Shown here piece by piece: positions 38,901 through 46,542 of a stretch of 64,000 nucleotides of DNA; positions within the stretch are counted from its first letter, which is position 1; each line of letters starts with the position of its first letter. Below the pieces are notes generated by a model. It had not been told where the DNA came from. It saw only the letters and a program-made list of their open reading frames with translations, and ran no database searches. Source of the stretch: Candidatus Pacearchaeota archaeon (GTDB lineage: Archaea; Nanobdellota; Nanobdellia; Pacearchaeales; GW2011-AR1); assembly GCA_018303925.1 (NCBI GenBank), contig JAGVXF010000007.1, positions 56,775 through 120,774 of the forward strand, given 5' to 3'. The translations under genes were made by a program, and so were the position numbers.

Positions 38901-39545
38901 ACTGATGGAGCGCAGAATGGGGATGAGGAAGGAGTTGACTGTGGAGGAAGCTGTCCAAACGAATGTGAACCAGATATAGATCAGTGCCTTGGAATAGATT
39001 TTTGTATGGATTATACCAGCGAGGCGACATGTAATTTAGATAATTGTAGTGTTGCACAATATAGTGGTTATGCTCCTTCCGGTACAACTCCTTTGTGTAT
39101 TTGGTATTCGGTAGTTCCCGAGGAATGTATCTTTGGCTATTCAGGAAGTAATTATGGGGTTTGTATGCACCACGATAGCCCGACAAATGACAGTTGTGAG
39201 GATGACGGTTTTTTAACTCATATATGGACTAATGAATATTCCTGGGATTTAGATAATGCTTTTTCAACCCAGCAGGCATGTGAGGTTTATACATCTGAGT
39301 GTTCAGGCAATTGTGTCTTAAGGGGAAGTTCATGGCATTGTGATCCCAATGGAGAAGAAACAACGTGCTTAAATGGAGAAACTACTGCAACAATTCCATG
39401 CCCTGCTCAAATACAACTTGGATTTTTTGATTGGCAGAATGTGGTAGTTGCTATTCTTGTAATTTTCCTTTTGTATTTAATTCTTTTGAAGAATAAGAAG
39501 ACACAAACAGAAAAATCCTCGAAAGGCAAAAAGAGAAAAAAATAG
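35937..39545 (+). CDS. Giant secreted Cys-rich modular surface protein (1202 aa) with C-terminal TM anchor and basic tail
   Basis: Signal peptide. Four copies of an approximately 60-aa module C.D[ST]DG..GT....G.D.C.D...L.EY[YF]C...C..GC..G[AK]C. Two NG-EEG-DCGG-C-NEC modules. An approximately 200-aa tandem duplication. C-terminal TM AILVIFLLYLILL followed by KKTQTEKSSKGKKRKK. Confidence 0.7.
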   Translation: MIKEGKVIFSLLFLLIFVVVIFSSSFVLGELTCAGGTLTGTYAGCDGDYENTQTGSCWYRPPIYYPNGTAMYNFKSLGLRAEVYCWNFETPALCGSNDEYCKWYHGQNSCYGLSQENCGSIYYPTCSPQYSDYTCSCPLGQHSDLASTPFASCSGTFVENYTSSYCYWREGVKANAISQGEYCSYSDAGSCRGADEFCEWNILSYSATFSCIGFNEQTCMFTSGCVASYDTNYQCVSNTCSDTDGGYVPEIQGTVSAQSGDTGTDFCEDGYFLTEYYCSNSVGFSGQETCNFGCLNGECKPVPCPSSQEGVNGGNLGCIDKIISNSHIIYSTSSCTSLSQICSACNSGYYPSYDYATESYICHAIPDTCSDSDGMNYNTRGTVNASRGYSGTDYCADSGGDPGAPTSEGDILWEFGCSGTTGVKNIYGDCQYGCSEGKCNPTPPLPDCPVTQTGTIYVGCVQDQDINSNLINYAHSTNDLCSDEYVCFQCNSGYIWDGNNCVLKCPSPQPGTSGGNLGCLENQVLYSYVLYPTSSCTSLSQICSACNSGYYPSYDHATESYICVPVSISCTDTDLGQAYPEYFKGSLTATTGITNGMDNCADSTHLNEYFCDASNRGSLDSNHLCPKNYGCNSGACRDFYFVGTSDGNKILSLGQGTTLPKTIKFVGSAYSGSGGGSFSLYERAWTNEFWGWCDICAADTLVGTYSGNTQDFNGDGVNDYLSDSWTLNSNVLNSLESDGPYDKYEFYFKVGSYQSSGLLVDPSLDTCHDEIQNGGEEGIDCGPVCGNECLFCQDSDGGQIYDVQGRIIANNGLHTSGTDFCDDSTHLNEYYCSAANAGSLEIRHYCGAGNACSNGVCTGEQIPNSIVYWAYKTYQEAPGYLEVLNSSIGSFGRRLVLTYPEPSLSSFQIFKESNAIFIPDTLVREEYGSSFSNFYFYDWIPSYADFMNAGTPTFSNNTYRFYFKVDDGDSRLTSNYWDVYVIGEVPSCTDGAQNGDEEGVDCGGSCPNECEPDIDQCLGIDFCMDYTSEATCNLDNCSVAQYSGYAPSGTTPLCIWYSVVPEECIFGYSGSNYGVCMHHDSPTNDSCEDDGFLTHIWTNEYSWDLDNAFSTQQACEVYTSECSGNCVLRGSSWHCDPNGEETTCLNGETTATIPCPAQIQLGFFDWQNVVVAILVIFLLYLILLKNKKTQTEKSSKGKKRKK
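36933..37023 (+). repeat. Internal direct repeat copy A (about 91 nt) within the giant gene
   Basis: tcttcatgtactagtttaagtcaaatttgttctgcatgtaattcgggttattatccttcttatgattacgctacagaatcttatatttgt is repeated 603 nt downstream with 3 mismatches. Confidence 0.85.
37536..37626 (+). repeat. Internal direct repeat copy B (about 91 nt) within the giant gene
   Basis: Near-identical to 36933..37023 (g/t, t/c and a/g differences). It encodes SSCTSLSQICSACNSGYYPSYD(Y/H)ATESYIC in both copies. Confidence 0.85.
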
Positions 39546-39548
39546 ACG

Positions 39549-39995
39549 TTAATTATTATTTATAAATTTTATAATTTCTTCCTTGAATTTTTCAAAATCC
39601 TGCAACTTTTCTGACAAGATTTCATATATGATTTCGTTGTCGGTTTCCCCATATTTATGAACGAGAATATTTCTAAATCCTTTCATTCCCATCAATATTT
39701 CTTTTAATTCTTTTGAAATTACTCCTTTCTTGTAAGTTTTTTCTATTAGATCCTCTTCTCCCGAGGGGAGTCCCAATTTAAGCCCGGAAGTGATTATGTT
39801 TAGGATGTCAATAATTGTTTCTATAGATATTTGCAATAATCTTTCGCATGCCCTTTTATCTTTTATGGAATTTTTGTAAATTTCTAAATTTTCAGGAATT
39901 ATCTCTTCAAGTTCGGAAAGATATTTATTCAATTCATCTATCTTTGATAAAATCCTTTTATTATCTAATTTTGACATTTTCGAGGTAACTATCAT
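39549..39995 (-). CDS. HEPN-domain toxin-like protein (HepT/DUF86 family)
   Basis: C-terminal GFRNILVHKYGETDNEIIYEIL carries the R-x4-6-H HEPN motif (RNILVH). It lies downstream of, and overlaps, the MNT gene. Confidence 0.75.
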   Translation of the reverse strand: MIVTSKMSKLDNKRILSKIDELNKYLSELEEIIPENLEIYKNSIKDKRACERLLQISIETIIDILNIITSGLKLGLPSGEEDLIEKTYKKGVISKELKEILMGMKGFRNILVHKYGETDNEIIYEILSEKLQDFEKFKEEIIKFINNN

Positions 39996-40341
39996 AAATT
40001 TTTTTGTAGAATCCGAATTCTTTTATTGTTTCAAAAGCAATCTCGTACATTTTATCCTCATCTTTTATTAAAATAAATTTTCCTTCTTTTAATATTCTTA
40101 TCTTAATATAAACGGGCAATTGCTCAAATATATGAATATCTAATTTTGAATCGAATTTTGAAGCATATTTTAATTTTATTTTTGACATTTCTTTATTGCT
40201 TTTCTTTTCTTTTAAAACCAGCGCAATGTCAATATCCCGGTAATCTTCTTTTCTTGCATATGATCCAAACAAAGCAACAGCTAAAACTTCTTTGTCTTTT
40301 TCTGCTTCTTTAATAATCTTGGAGGTAATTTCTTTCATCAA
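39961..40341 (-). CDS. Minimal nucleotidyltransferase (MntA-like antitoxin)
   Basis: LFGSYARKEDYRDIDIAL (GS...D.D). 126 aa. Overlaps the downstream HEPN gene by 35 nt. Confidence 0.8.
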   Translation of the reverse strand: MMKEITSKIIKEAEKDKEVLAVALFGSYARKEDYRDIDIALVLKEKKSNKEMSKIKLKYASKFDSKLDIHIFEQLPVYIKIRILKEGKFILIKDEDKMYEIAFETIKEFGFYKKIYDSYLENVKIR

Positions 40342-40498
40342 ATTAGGAATTATTATTTGTTTAAATAATATTCTTTTTTGTTTTTAATAAAATTTTTGGC
40401 CGAACTGTAAATCCATAAATTTTATATCCTCACTTGTATTTGAAAAATATATAAATGGGAAAGTTTATAAATAACTTCTAAGTAGTAATATCAGGAAG

Positions 40499-41992
40499 AT
40501 GGGAAGGAAATTAAGGAATTTGGTAGCAGCCGTTGGGATTACTTTAGCGACGCTTTCTCCAATGAAATATGCAAATGCACAGGTTGACAGCTTAAATACC
40601 CCTCTTTCTTTAGAGAGAGCCGGAAATTTTTTCTCTCCATCAGGGGTTAATGAACTTGTTGGAAAACCATGGAAATATGGGGATGGAGATGTCAATCATG
40701 ATGGAAGAACGGATAGTTTTGATTTAGCAGTTATAGATTCAGTTTCAAATGATGAAGGGGATATAGATGGGGACAGCCTTTCTTCATCTGCAAATGACAA
40801 GCAAATATTGTCTGATTATTTGAATGGAAATATCCCTTATTTACCGGGGGACTGGGCAAATTTAAACAAGGAAGAAAAAACTTCGTGGATTAAAAAGATG
40901 ATAAAAATTCAAAATTCTCTTCCTAATACAGATTATAGTCAATGGGTTTGCAGAAATTTTATAACCCAAATGGAACTTGAATTTTACGGTTCTTCAAATA
41001 TCGATGGATTTATACAATATTATCATGATAATGGAGAACCACAGGGGGGGGAATATTATTTGGGAGAAAAAAATGCAAGGTTTGGTTTGCCTGTTGTTTA
41101 TGCTGGCACAATAAACACCTCAGGGGAATCTCATTCTGTTAATGGGGTTCTTGTTGGTAAAGACCCTTTGAATTTTAATGATTGGTATTTTTTTGGATAC
41201 GAAAATGATAATCAGGTTGTTCCTGGCTCCCAGCAAATGGATTCAAATAGCCCCGTTTCAATTGGATTGAATGGATATTTTAAAGGACCTTTTGGACCTG
41301 TTTTTAGTCCTCTTTCCGATTTGATACAATTTGAATTGCAGGGCGGAGAAGTTGTAAATATAATTCATAAAAATTATGTCACACTTCACAATCCCGAGAA
41401 AATAAAAGTTCATCTTGGAAAACTTGAAAAAATAGTAATTGATAATAATTCTTTTCCAGATGTGACAAATTTTACCCCCGAATTTTTGGAGAGTCAGGGA
41501 TATAAAGCAATACCGGATACTTCTTCGGAGAATGCTTTTGGAATTCCGGTTAAATTGACTCATGAAGATTCAGATACTACAAATGTTTCATACAGACATT
41601 TTCAGTTTTTAAGAAAGTTTGTTGGTTCAGTTTATTCAGGGGGAATAACAAAGTCAGATTCTTCCCCACAAATAATTGAGGTTAATAATTTTACACCCGT
41701 TGAACCAGAGGATTTTTATTTGCCGGATGAATTCAAGATTTACCAGAATTATCCTAATCCATTCAACCCAACGACAAATGTGAAGTATGAGACAAACAGA
41801 TATGGAGATGTAAAATTGGAAGTTTACAATAATTTGGGGCAGAAAGTTTATGAAAAAACAGATAAAGGAGTTTATCCCGGGGTTCATGAATTTAAGGATA
41901 TAGATATGTCAAAATATGCTTCGGGAATGTATCTTTTTAGAATTTATGAGGGGGAGAAATTCAAATCTATAAAAGGTGTTTTACAAAAATAA
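40499..41992 (+). CDS. Secreted protein with N-terminal dockerin-like repeats and C-terminal T9SS (Por_Secre_tail)-like sorting domain
   Basis: Signal peptide ending ANAQ. Dockerin type-I-like pair GDVNHDGRTDSFDLAVIDSV and DIDGDSLSSSANDKQILSDYLNG. C-terminal KIYQNYPNPFNPTTNVKYE...VYNNLGQKVYE...GVHEF...ASGMYLFRI...KGVLQK matches the bacterial T9SS C-terminal domain consensus. Confidence 0.6.
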   Translation: MGRKLRNLVAAVGITLATLSPMKYANAQVDSLNTPLSLERAGNFFSPSGVNELVGKPWKYGDGDVNHDGRTDSFDLAVIDSVSNDEGDIDGDSLSSSANDKQILSDYLNGNIPYLPGDWANLNKEEKTSWIKKMIKIQNSLPNTDYSQWVCRNFITQMELEFYGSSNIDGFIQYYHDNGEPQGGEYYLGEKNARFGLPVVYAGTINTSGESHSVNGVLVGKDPLNFNDWYFFGYENDNQVVPGSQQMDSNSPVSIGLNGYFKGPFGPVFSPLSDLIQFELQGGEVVNIIHKNYVTLHNPEKIKVHLGKLEKIVIDNNSFPDVTNFTPEFLESQGYKAIPDTSSENAFGIPVKLTHEDSDTTNVSYRHFQFLRKFVGSVYSGGITKSDSSPQIIEVNNFTPVEPEDFYLPDEFKIYQNYPNPFNPTTNVKYETNRYGDVKLEVYNNLGQKVYEKTDKGVYPGVHEFKDIDMSKYASGMYLFRIYEGEKFKSIKGVLQK

Positions 41993-42160
41993 ATTGTAAA
42001 TTGGATGAATTTTTTTGATAAATTTTTGTTTTTTAATAAATTTTTAATTGACTTGGTGGGTTATCCCGATTAACTTAGTTGGAAATTATTAGATAGCAAA
42101 TAAAATGGACAACCTCGAATTCAAAAATCTTTATAAATCTCTTTCTCTTGATTAGTATTA

Positions 42161-44809
42161 ATGAAAGAAAAAAGGGGAGGTAGTTATTTTTTAGCTGTAA
42201 TTCTATTTATCTTTTTAATTTCATATGTATCCGCATCTTATGAGTTTTCAAATCATTCAATTGAAACTCATTATTCAAAAGGCTCAACCATCTCAGGAAA
42301 TATTAATATTTCTTTTGAGAACGAATCTTTGAATTCTTTTTTTGAAGATTCATTTGATAACAAGGTTTACCTTAAAGATTTACTCGGAGGTTCGAATTCA
42401 TATTTATACAACTGTACTTCCAAGAAATGTTCTTCATCATATGTTCTTTCAAACCCATCAAGTTCCAAAACTTTTTCTCTTCCAAAAGGTGAAGAAAAGA
42501 CCTTTGGATTTGTGATTCAGGGAAATATTCAGAACATAAATTCGGTTTCTTTTTTGCTTTCAAGCACTGCTCCCGCGTCAGATTTAAATCAGATAAAAAT
42601 CGATATTTTAGATGATGGAATTATTGATGCAGGAAACTCCAAAGCCGGAACTGCTTCGCAGAATGTGAATTATGGTTGTTATAATGCAAGCGAGGGGCCA
42701 AACGAGATAAACCTTATAACTACTCCTTTTTGCCAGAATATAACTGTATATGAATCTCCGGGTCTGCTTCTTGGAGGATTTTTTAAAAAAGTCTCAGACG
42801 GGTCAAATGGAATTGGATTGAATATTTACAATAAAAAAGGAGTTTCTCTTGGATCATGCAGAATTTTAAATTCAAGTGTCTCTTTTTCAGGAGGGAACTA
42901 TTTTTGCAGTGTGAATGTCTCTATACCTGAAACTAATAATTATTATATCTGTGCTTATGCAGAACAGGGAGAGGCCAAATACAAAACTCTTGGATATTCT
43001 TCTTTGTCATCAGGAAAAAATTGCGGTTTTTTAGGTTATTTAAGTTTTCCCCCCCAAAATGAAACTGCGGCATACAAGATAGGTCTGACCCCCTTAAAAT
43101 TTTCTTCTCCAAGTGCTCTTAATATCTCAAATGTCCTTCCAACTGGAGATTTAATCTCTTTACTCATCGGAGAATATCTCTCCAAAACTTATCCTGAAGG
43201 CTGCCTTGAGGGATGCAAGATCCCTTTAAAATTAGTTTCTTTTGAAGACCAGTCAATCACTTTAAACAGCCTGAAAGTCAGTTATGATGCAGAATCGCTT
43301 CCAGGTCTGGAGATTTCAACTTTTTATGATTTTGACATTCAAGACTCAAAAGTCAGTTCTCCAATGCAGTTACTTCCTCTTGACGGATTTTTTTATGTTT
43401 CTCAGTTAGGGTGGGATGAAAATTACACCCTCAAATTTAAAGGAGAAAAACTTTTTAGTGAAAAGATTTTCCTTGAAAACTTCTCCATTCAGATTTATCC
43501 CTTAAGATATGCTGTTAATTTTTCTGTTCCTTTTTTAATATTAAATTCTCAGGATGCGGGTTCACAGTATTATGAAATTGATTTTGGAGACAATTCCATT
43601 TCCACAACTTCGTCAAAATCTTTTTTGCACAAATATATTTCAGTTGGGAATTTTAGTTTAAAGGTTTCGTCTTATATAAACGGCACCAAATTAACAAAAA
43701 CCTTCAAAATAGAAATTCTTCCTTCAAAAAACTTTATTGACAATGAAATTAAAATCCAGAGGAGTTCCATTTCTTTTTTTAACTCACAGATATCTTTTAT
43801 GAATTCTTTTGAAAAGTCAGAAATAAACAGAATTTTTGAACTTGAGAACCTGACTACCACACTTAATTCAATTGAATCTTCTGTTTCTTTGGCGTCTTCG
43901 GATTCGGATTATGAGAAAATTTTCGGGAATTTAATCAGGCTTAATATTCCAAAGTCAATTACTCGCACAGTCTCCCAGGAAATCCCTTTTATTATTGAGG
44001 TAAATGAAATAAATCTGGATATCCTTAAGGATATAACCGAAGAAGACTATTCCCCTGCCGATGAAAGTGCTGATTATATTTCTTTTTGGGATTATGAAAA
44101 TCTTAATTCAAAAATCTCCTCTAACAATATTTTAGTTGAGACAGCAGACGGTTCAAAAGTTCCTCTTAATTTTTATGAGATTTCTATCTCTCCTAAAAAA
44201 AATATTAACCAGTCTTATTATTTTATTTTTCCAAATTCGGGGAATGCCAATTTTGAAGAAAATTCCGGAGTTGAGGCCGGGAGCGGGTATTCCTATTTTG
44301 AACTTGGAAACATTGAAAAAACTATAAGGTTTTCAACCGGGGAAGATTTTGGGTCGTATCATCCTTTTTTTATTGCCCCACAGAATGTTGAAGTTTTCGC
44401 AGGAGGGGACATTTCCGAACCCATGAATAATAACTGGATATTGATTTTAGTAATTCTGGGGGTTATTCTAATAGGGTTTTTAACTTATTACATTATGCAC
44501 AGGTGGTATGCTGTTAAGTATGAAAATTATCTTTTCCCTGATAAAAACCACCTTTACAATGCAATTTTTTATATAAATAATTCATTAAAGAATGGAATGG
44601 AAGAGAGTGAAATAAGAAAGAGTCTGCTTGATGCTGGATGGAAAAATGAGCAGGTTGTTTACTTAATAAAAAAGCATTCAGGAAAGAATCCGGGGATGTT
44701 TAATCTGTTTGGTTCTTCAAGTGAAAAGGGATCCTCAAAAATAAATTCACCTCCAAAACCTGGAAGAAATGTGAATTATAAGGATTCAAATACAAAATTT
44801 AATAAATAA
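42161..44809 (+). CDS. Type-I membrane surface glycoprotein with PKD-like domain and cytoplasmic tail (882 aa)
   Basis: Signal peptide. Dense N-x-S/T sequons. PKD-like YYEIDFGDNSIS...HKYISVGNFSLKVS. TM WILILVILGVILIGFLTYYI followed by an approximately 110-aa cytoplasmic segment. Confidence 0.6.
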   Translation: MKEKRGGSYFLAVILFIFLISYVSASYEFSNHSIETHYSKGSTISGNINISFENESLNSFFEDSFDNKVYLKDLLGGSNSYLYNCTSKKCSSSYVLSNPSSSKTFSLPKGEEKTFGFVIQGNIQNINSVSFLLSSTAPASDLNQIKIDILDDGIIDAGNSKAGTASQNVNYGCYNASEGPNEINLITTPFCQNITVYESPGLLLGGFFKKVSDGSNGIGLNIYNKKGVSLGSCRILNSSVSFSGGNYFCSVNVSIPETNNYYICAYAEQGEAKYKTLGYSSLSSGKNCGFLGYLSFPPQNETAAYKIGLTPLKFSSPSALNISNVLPTGDLISLLIGEYLSKTYPEGCLEGCKIPLKLVSFEDQSITLNSLKVSYDAESLPGLEISTFYDFDIQDSKVSSPMQLLPLDGFFYVSQLGWDENYTLKFKGEKLFSEKIFLENFSIQIYPLRYAVNFSVPFLILNSQDAGSQYYEIDFGDNSISTTSSKSFLHKYISVGNFSLKVSSYINGTKLTKTFKIEILPSKNFIDNEIKIQRSSISFFNSQISFMNSFEKSEINRIFELENLTTTLNSIESSVSLASSDSDYEKIFGNLIRLNIPKSITRTVSQEIPFIIEVNEINLDILKDITEEDYSPADESADYISFWDYENLNSKISSNNILVETADGSKVPLNFYEISISPKKNINQSYYFIFPNSGNANFEENSGVEAGSGYSYFELGNIEKTIRFSTGEDFGSYHPFFIAPQNVEVFAGGDISEPMNNNWILILVILGVILIGFLTYYIMHRWYAVKYENYLFPDKNHLYNAIFYINNSLKNGMEESEIRKSLLDAGWKNEQVVYLIKKHSGKNPGMFNLFGSSSEKGSSKINSPPKPGRNVNYKDSNTKFNK

Positions 44810-44827
44810 AAAAAATAATTAAGAAAG

Positions 44828-45472
44828 ATGGCAATAAAAATAATGGCAAATTTTTTCAAAAAAATCTTTTCAGGCCTATTCAAAAATAAGAAAGATATAA
44901 AACTGGGTTTTTACGGTCCGCCTAATGCAGGGAAAACAAGCCTTGCAAATAGAATATGCAAAGATTTTACAGGAGAGGAGATAGGCTCTGTTTCAAAAAT
45001 TCCCCATGAGACAAGAAATGTGCAGTTTAAAGAAAAAGTTGAAATCTCTTATAAGGGAAAATCAATGATTTTTAAGATGATTGACACTCCCGGGATAGCA
45101 ACACGCATTGATTACGAGGATTTCTTAAAATATAAAGTAAACAAAAAAGATGCAAAAATAAGGGCAAAAGAGGCCACTCAGGGAATTATTGAGAGCATAA
45201 AATGGCTTGATGACATGGATGTTGTTGTTATTGTCCTTGATGCAACTGAAAACCCTTACAATCAGGTTAATATAACCATAATAGGAAATCTTGTTGCAAG
45301 AAAAATTCCGGTTTTAATTGTTGCAAATAAATCCGACTTAAGAAAGGCGAACATAAAAAAGATTGAAGAGGCTTTTCCGGAATACAGGGTCGTTGGAATG
45401 AGCGCTAAGTACGGAAAGAATTTTGAAGAGTTTTATGAGGAAATTTTTAGCCTTTCAAAAAAATTAAAGTAA
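44828..45472 (+). CDS. Small Ras-superfamily GTPase (hydrophobic residue in place of the catalytic Gln)
   Basis: G1 GPPNAGKTS, G3 DTPGIA (no Gln after DxxG) and G4 NKSD. 214 aa. Confidence 0.8.
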   Translation: MAIKIMANFFKKIFSGLFKNKKDIKLGFYGPPNAGKTSLANRICKDFTGEEIGSVSKIPHETRNVQFKEKVEISYKGKSMIFKMIDTPGIATRIDYEDFLKYKVNKKDAKIRAKEATQGIIESIKWLDDMDVVVIVLDATENPYNQVNITIIGNLVARKIPVLIVANKSDLRKANIKKIEEAFPEYRVVGMSAKYGKNFEEFYEEIFSLSKKLK

Positions 45473-45473
45473 A

Positions 45474-45881
45474 ATGTCAAAAAAAGAGTTAAGGAACAAA
45501 AGAATAAAGGGGTTTTCAATAAGGTTTATGCCCTATTCCGAAATAAAAAATTTAAATAGCACAGAAAGAATAAGAAAAATTTTAGATATTGTATTTCAAA
45601 ATTATATCCTTATTTTGCAGGGGAGGCTTAAAAATGAAGAAGAAACAAGGCTTATTGGAGATACAATGGCAATGATTGGCCACGTGAAAAATTTCAAGGG
45701 AATTGAACTTGCGGTTATTAGTTCTGATGAAAGAGTTGGTGCAATTGACAGGATAAAAAACAGGCTTGTTATGAGTCTTTCAGGCGGGGATATCGGAGCA
45801 ATTACAATAATCGGCCCCGCTTCAATTGTGAAAGAGATAAAGAAAGATCCCAAAAAGATTGAATTGATGCTGAATAAATAA
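45474..45881 (+). CDS. Conserved hypothetical protein co-oriented with the GTPase (possible DUF2073-like or roadblock-like partner)
   Basis: 135 aa. Start is 2 nt after the GTPase stop. No motif recognised by eye. Confidence 0.35.
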   Translation: MSKKELRNKRIKGFSIRFMPYSEIKNLNSTERIRKILDIVFQNYILILQGRLKNEEETRLIGDTMAMIGHVKNFKGIELAVISSDERVGAIDRIKNRLVMSLSGGDIGAITIIGPASIVKEIKKDPKKIELMLNK

Positions 45882-45962
45882 AACTTAATTTCTAATTTAA
45901 AATTTCCTAAATATTTTTAAGTCTCAGTTACCTTATGTTTTTAAGGAGAGTCAAAGCAAAAA

Positions 45963-46358
45963 ATGCCCCACCAATGTGTCCGGTGTTCGAGAATTATTTC
46001 TGCAAGCAGCAGGGAGCTTTTAGATGGATGTCAAAACTGCGGGAGCAGGTTCTTTTTTTATGTCCGGGAAGAACAACTTGAAAGGTTAAGAGAAAGAGTA
46101 ATTGAAATTCCGCAAGAAGATAGACAAAAAATTGAGGAGGATGTTCGCGAGATTGCGGGAATAAAAGATGATGAGATTCCGGTTATTCTGGATTTTGAAT
46201 CGGTAAGGGTTACAGGAGATGGAAAGTTTGAACTGGATTTGGTGAACCTTTTTAATAAAAAGAAACCTTTAGTTTACAAACTTGAGGAAGGAAAATATTT
46301 AATTGATATTGGGAGAACTCTTCAGACTCGTTCCGAAGAGGATAAAGGGCTGATTTAA
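45963..46358 (+). CDS. Zn-ribbon-containing small protein (possible DUF2072-like)
   Basis: N-terminal CVRC...x13...CQNCG zinc ribbon. 131 aa. Third gene of the same-strand block after the GTPase. Confidence 0.4.
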   Translation: MPHQCVRCSRIISASSRELLDGCQNCGSRFFFYVREEQLERLRERVIEIPQEDRQKIEEDVREIAGIKDDEIPVILDFESVRVTGDGKFELDLVNLFNKKKPLVYKLEEGKYLIDIGRTLQTRSEEDKGLI

Positions 46359-46542
46359 TGGCACTTTTATTCCGCCACTCCAAAAGAAAAAATTGTTAAT
46401 GTAAAAATTCATTCATAAGCAGGGCTTAAGGTTTATTGCAAATTTCAATATCCTTCTTTATGATATTTTTTGGATTAATTGTCTTATTTTATATTAAATA
46501 AACTTCAAATAAAATTAAAAACTCTCTTTAATTATTTAATTC

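Noticed and set aside
40499-41992. Possibility that the contig is bacterial or chimeric because of the T9SS-type C-terminal domain
   Set aside because: The gene lies on one continuous contig between archaeal MntA-HepT and surface genes and has the same AT-rich composition. Archaeal hallmark genes dominate the window. Lateral acquisition is more parsimonious.
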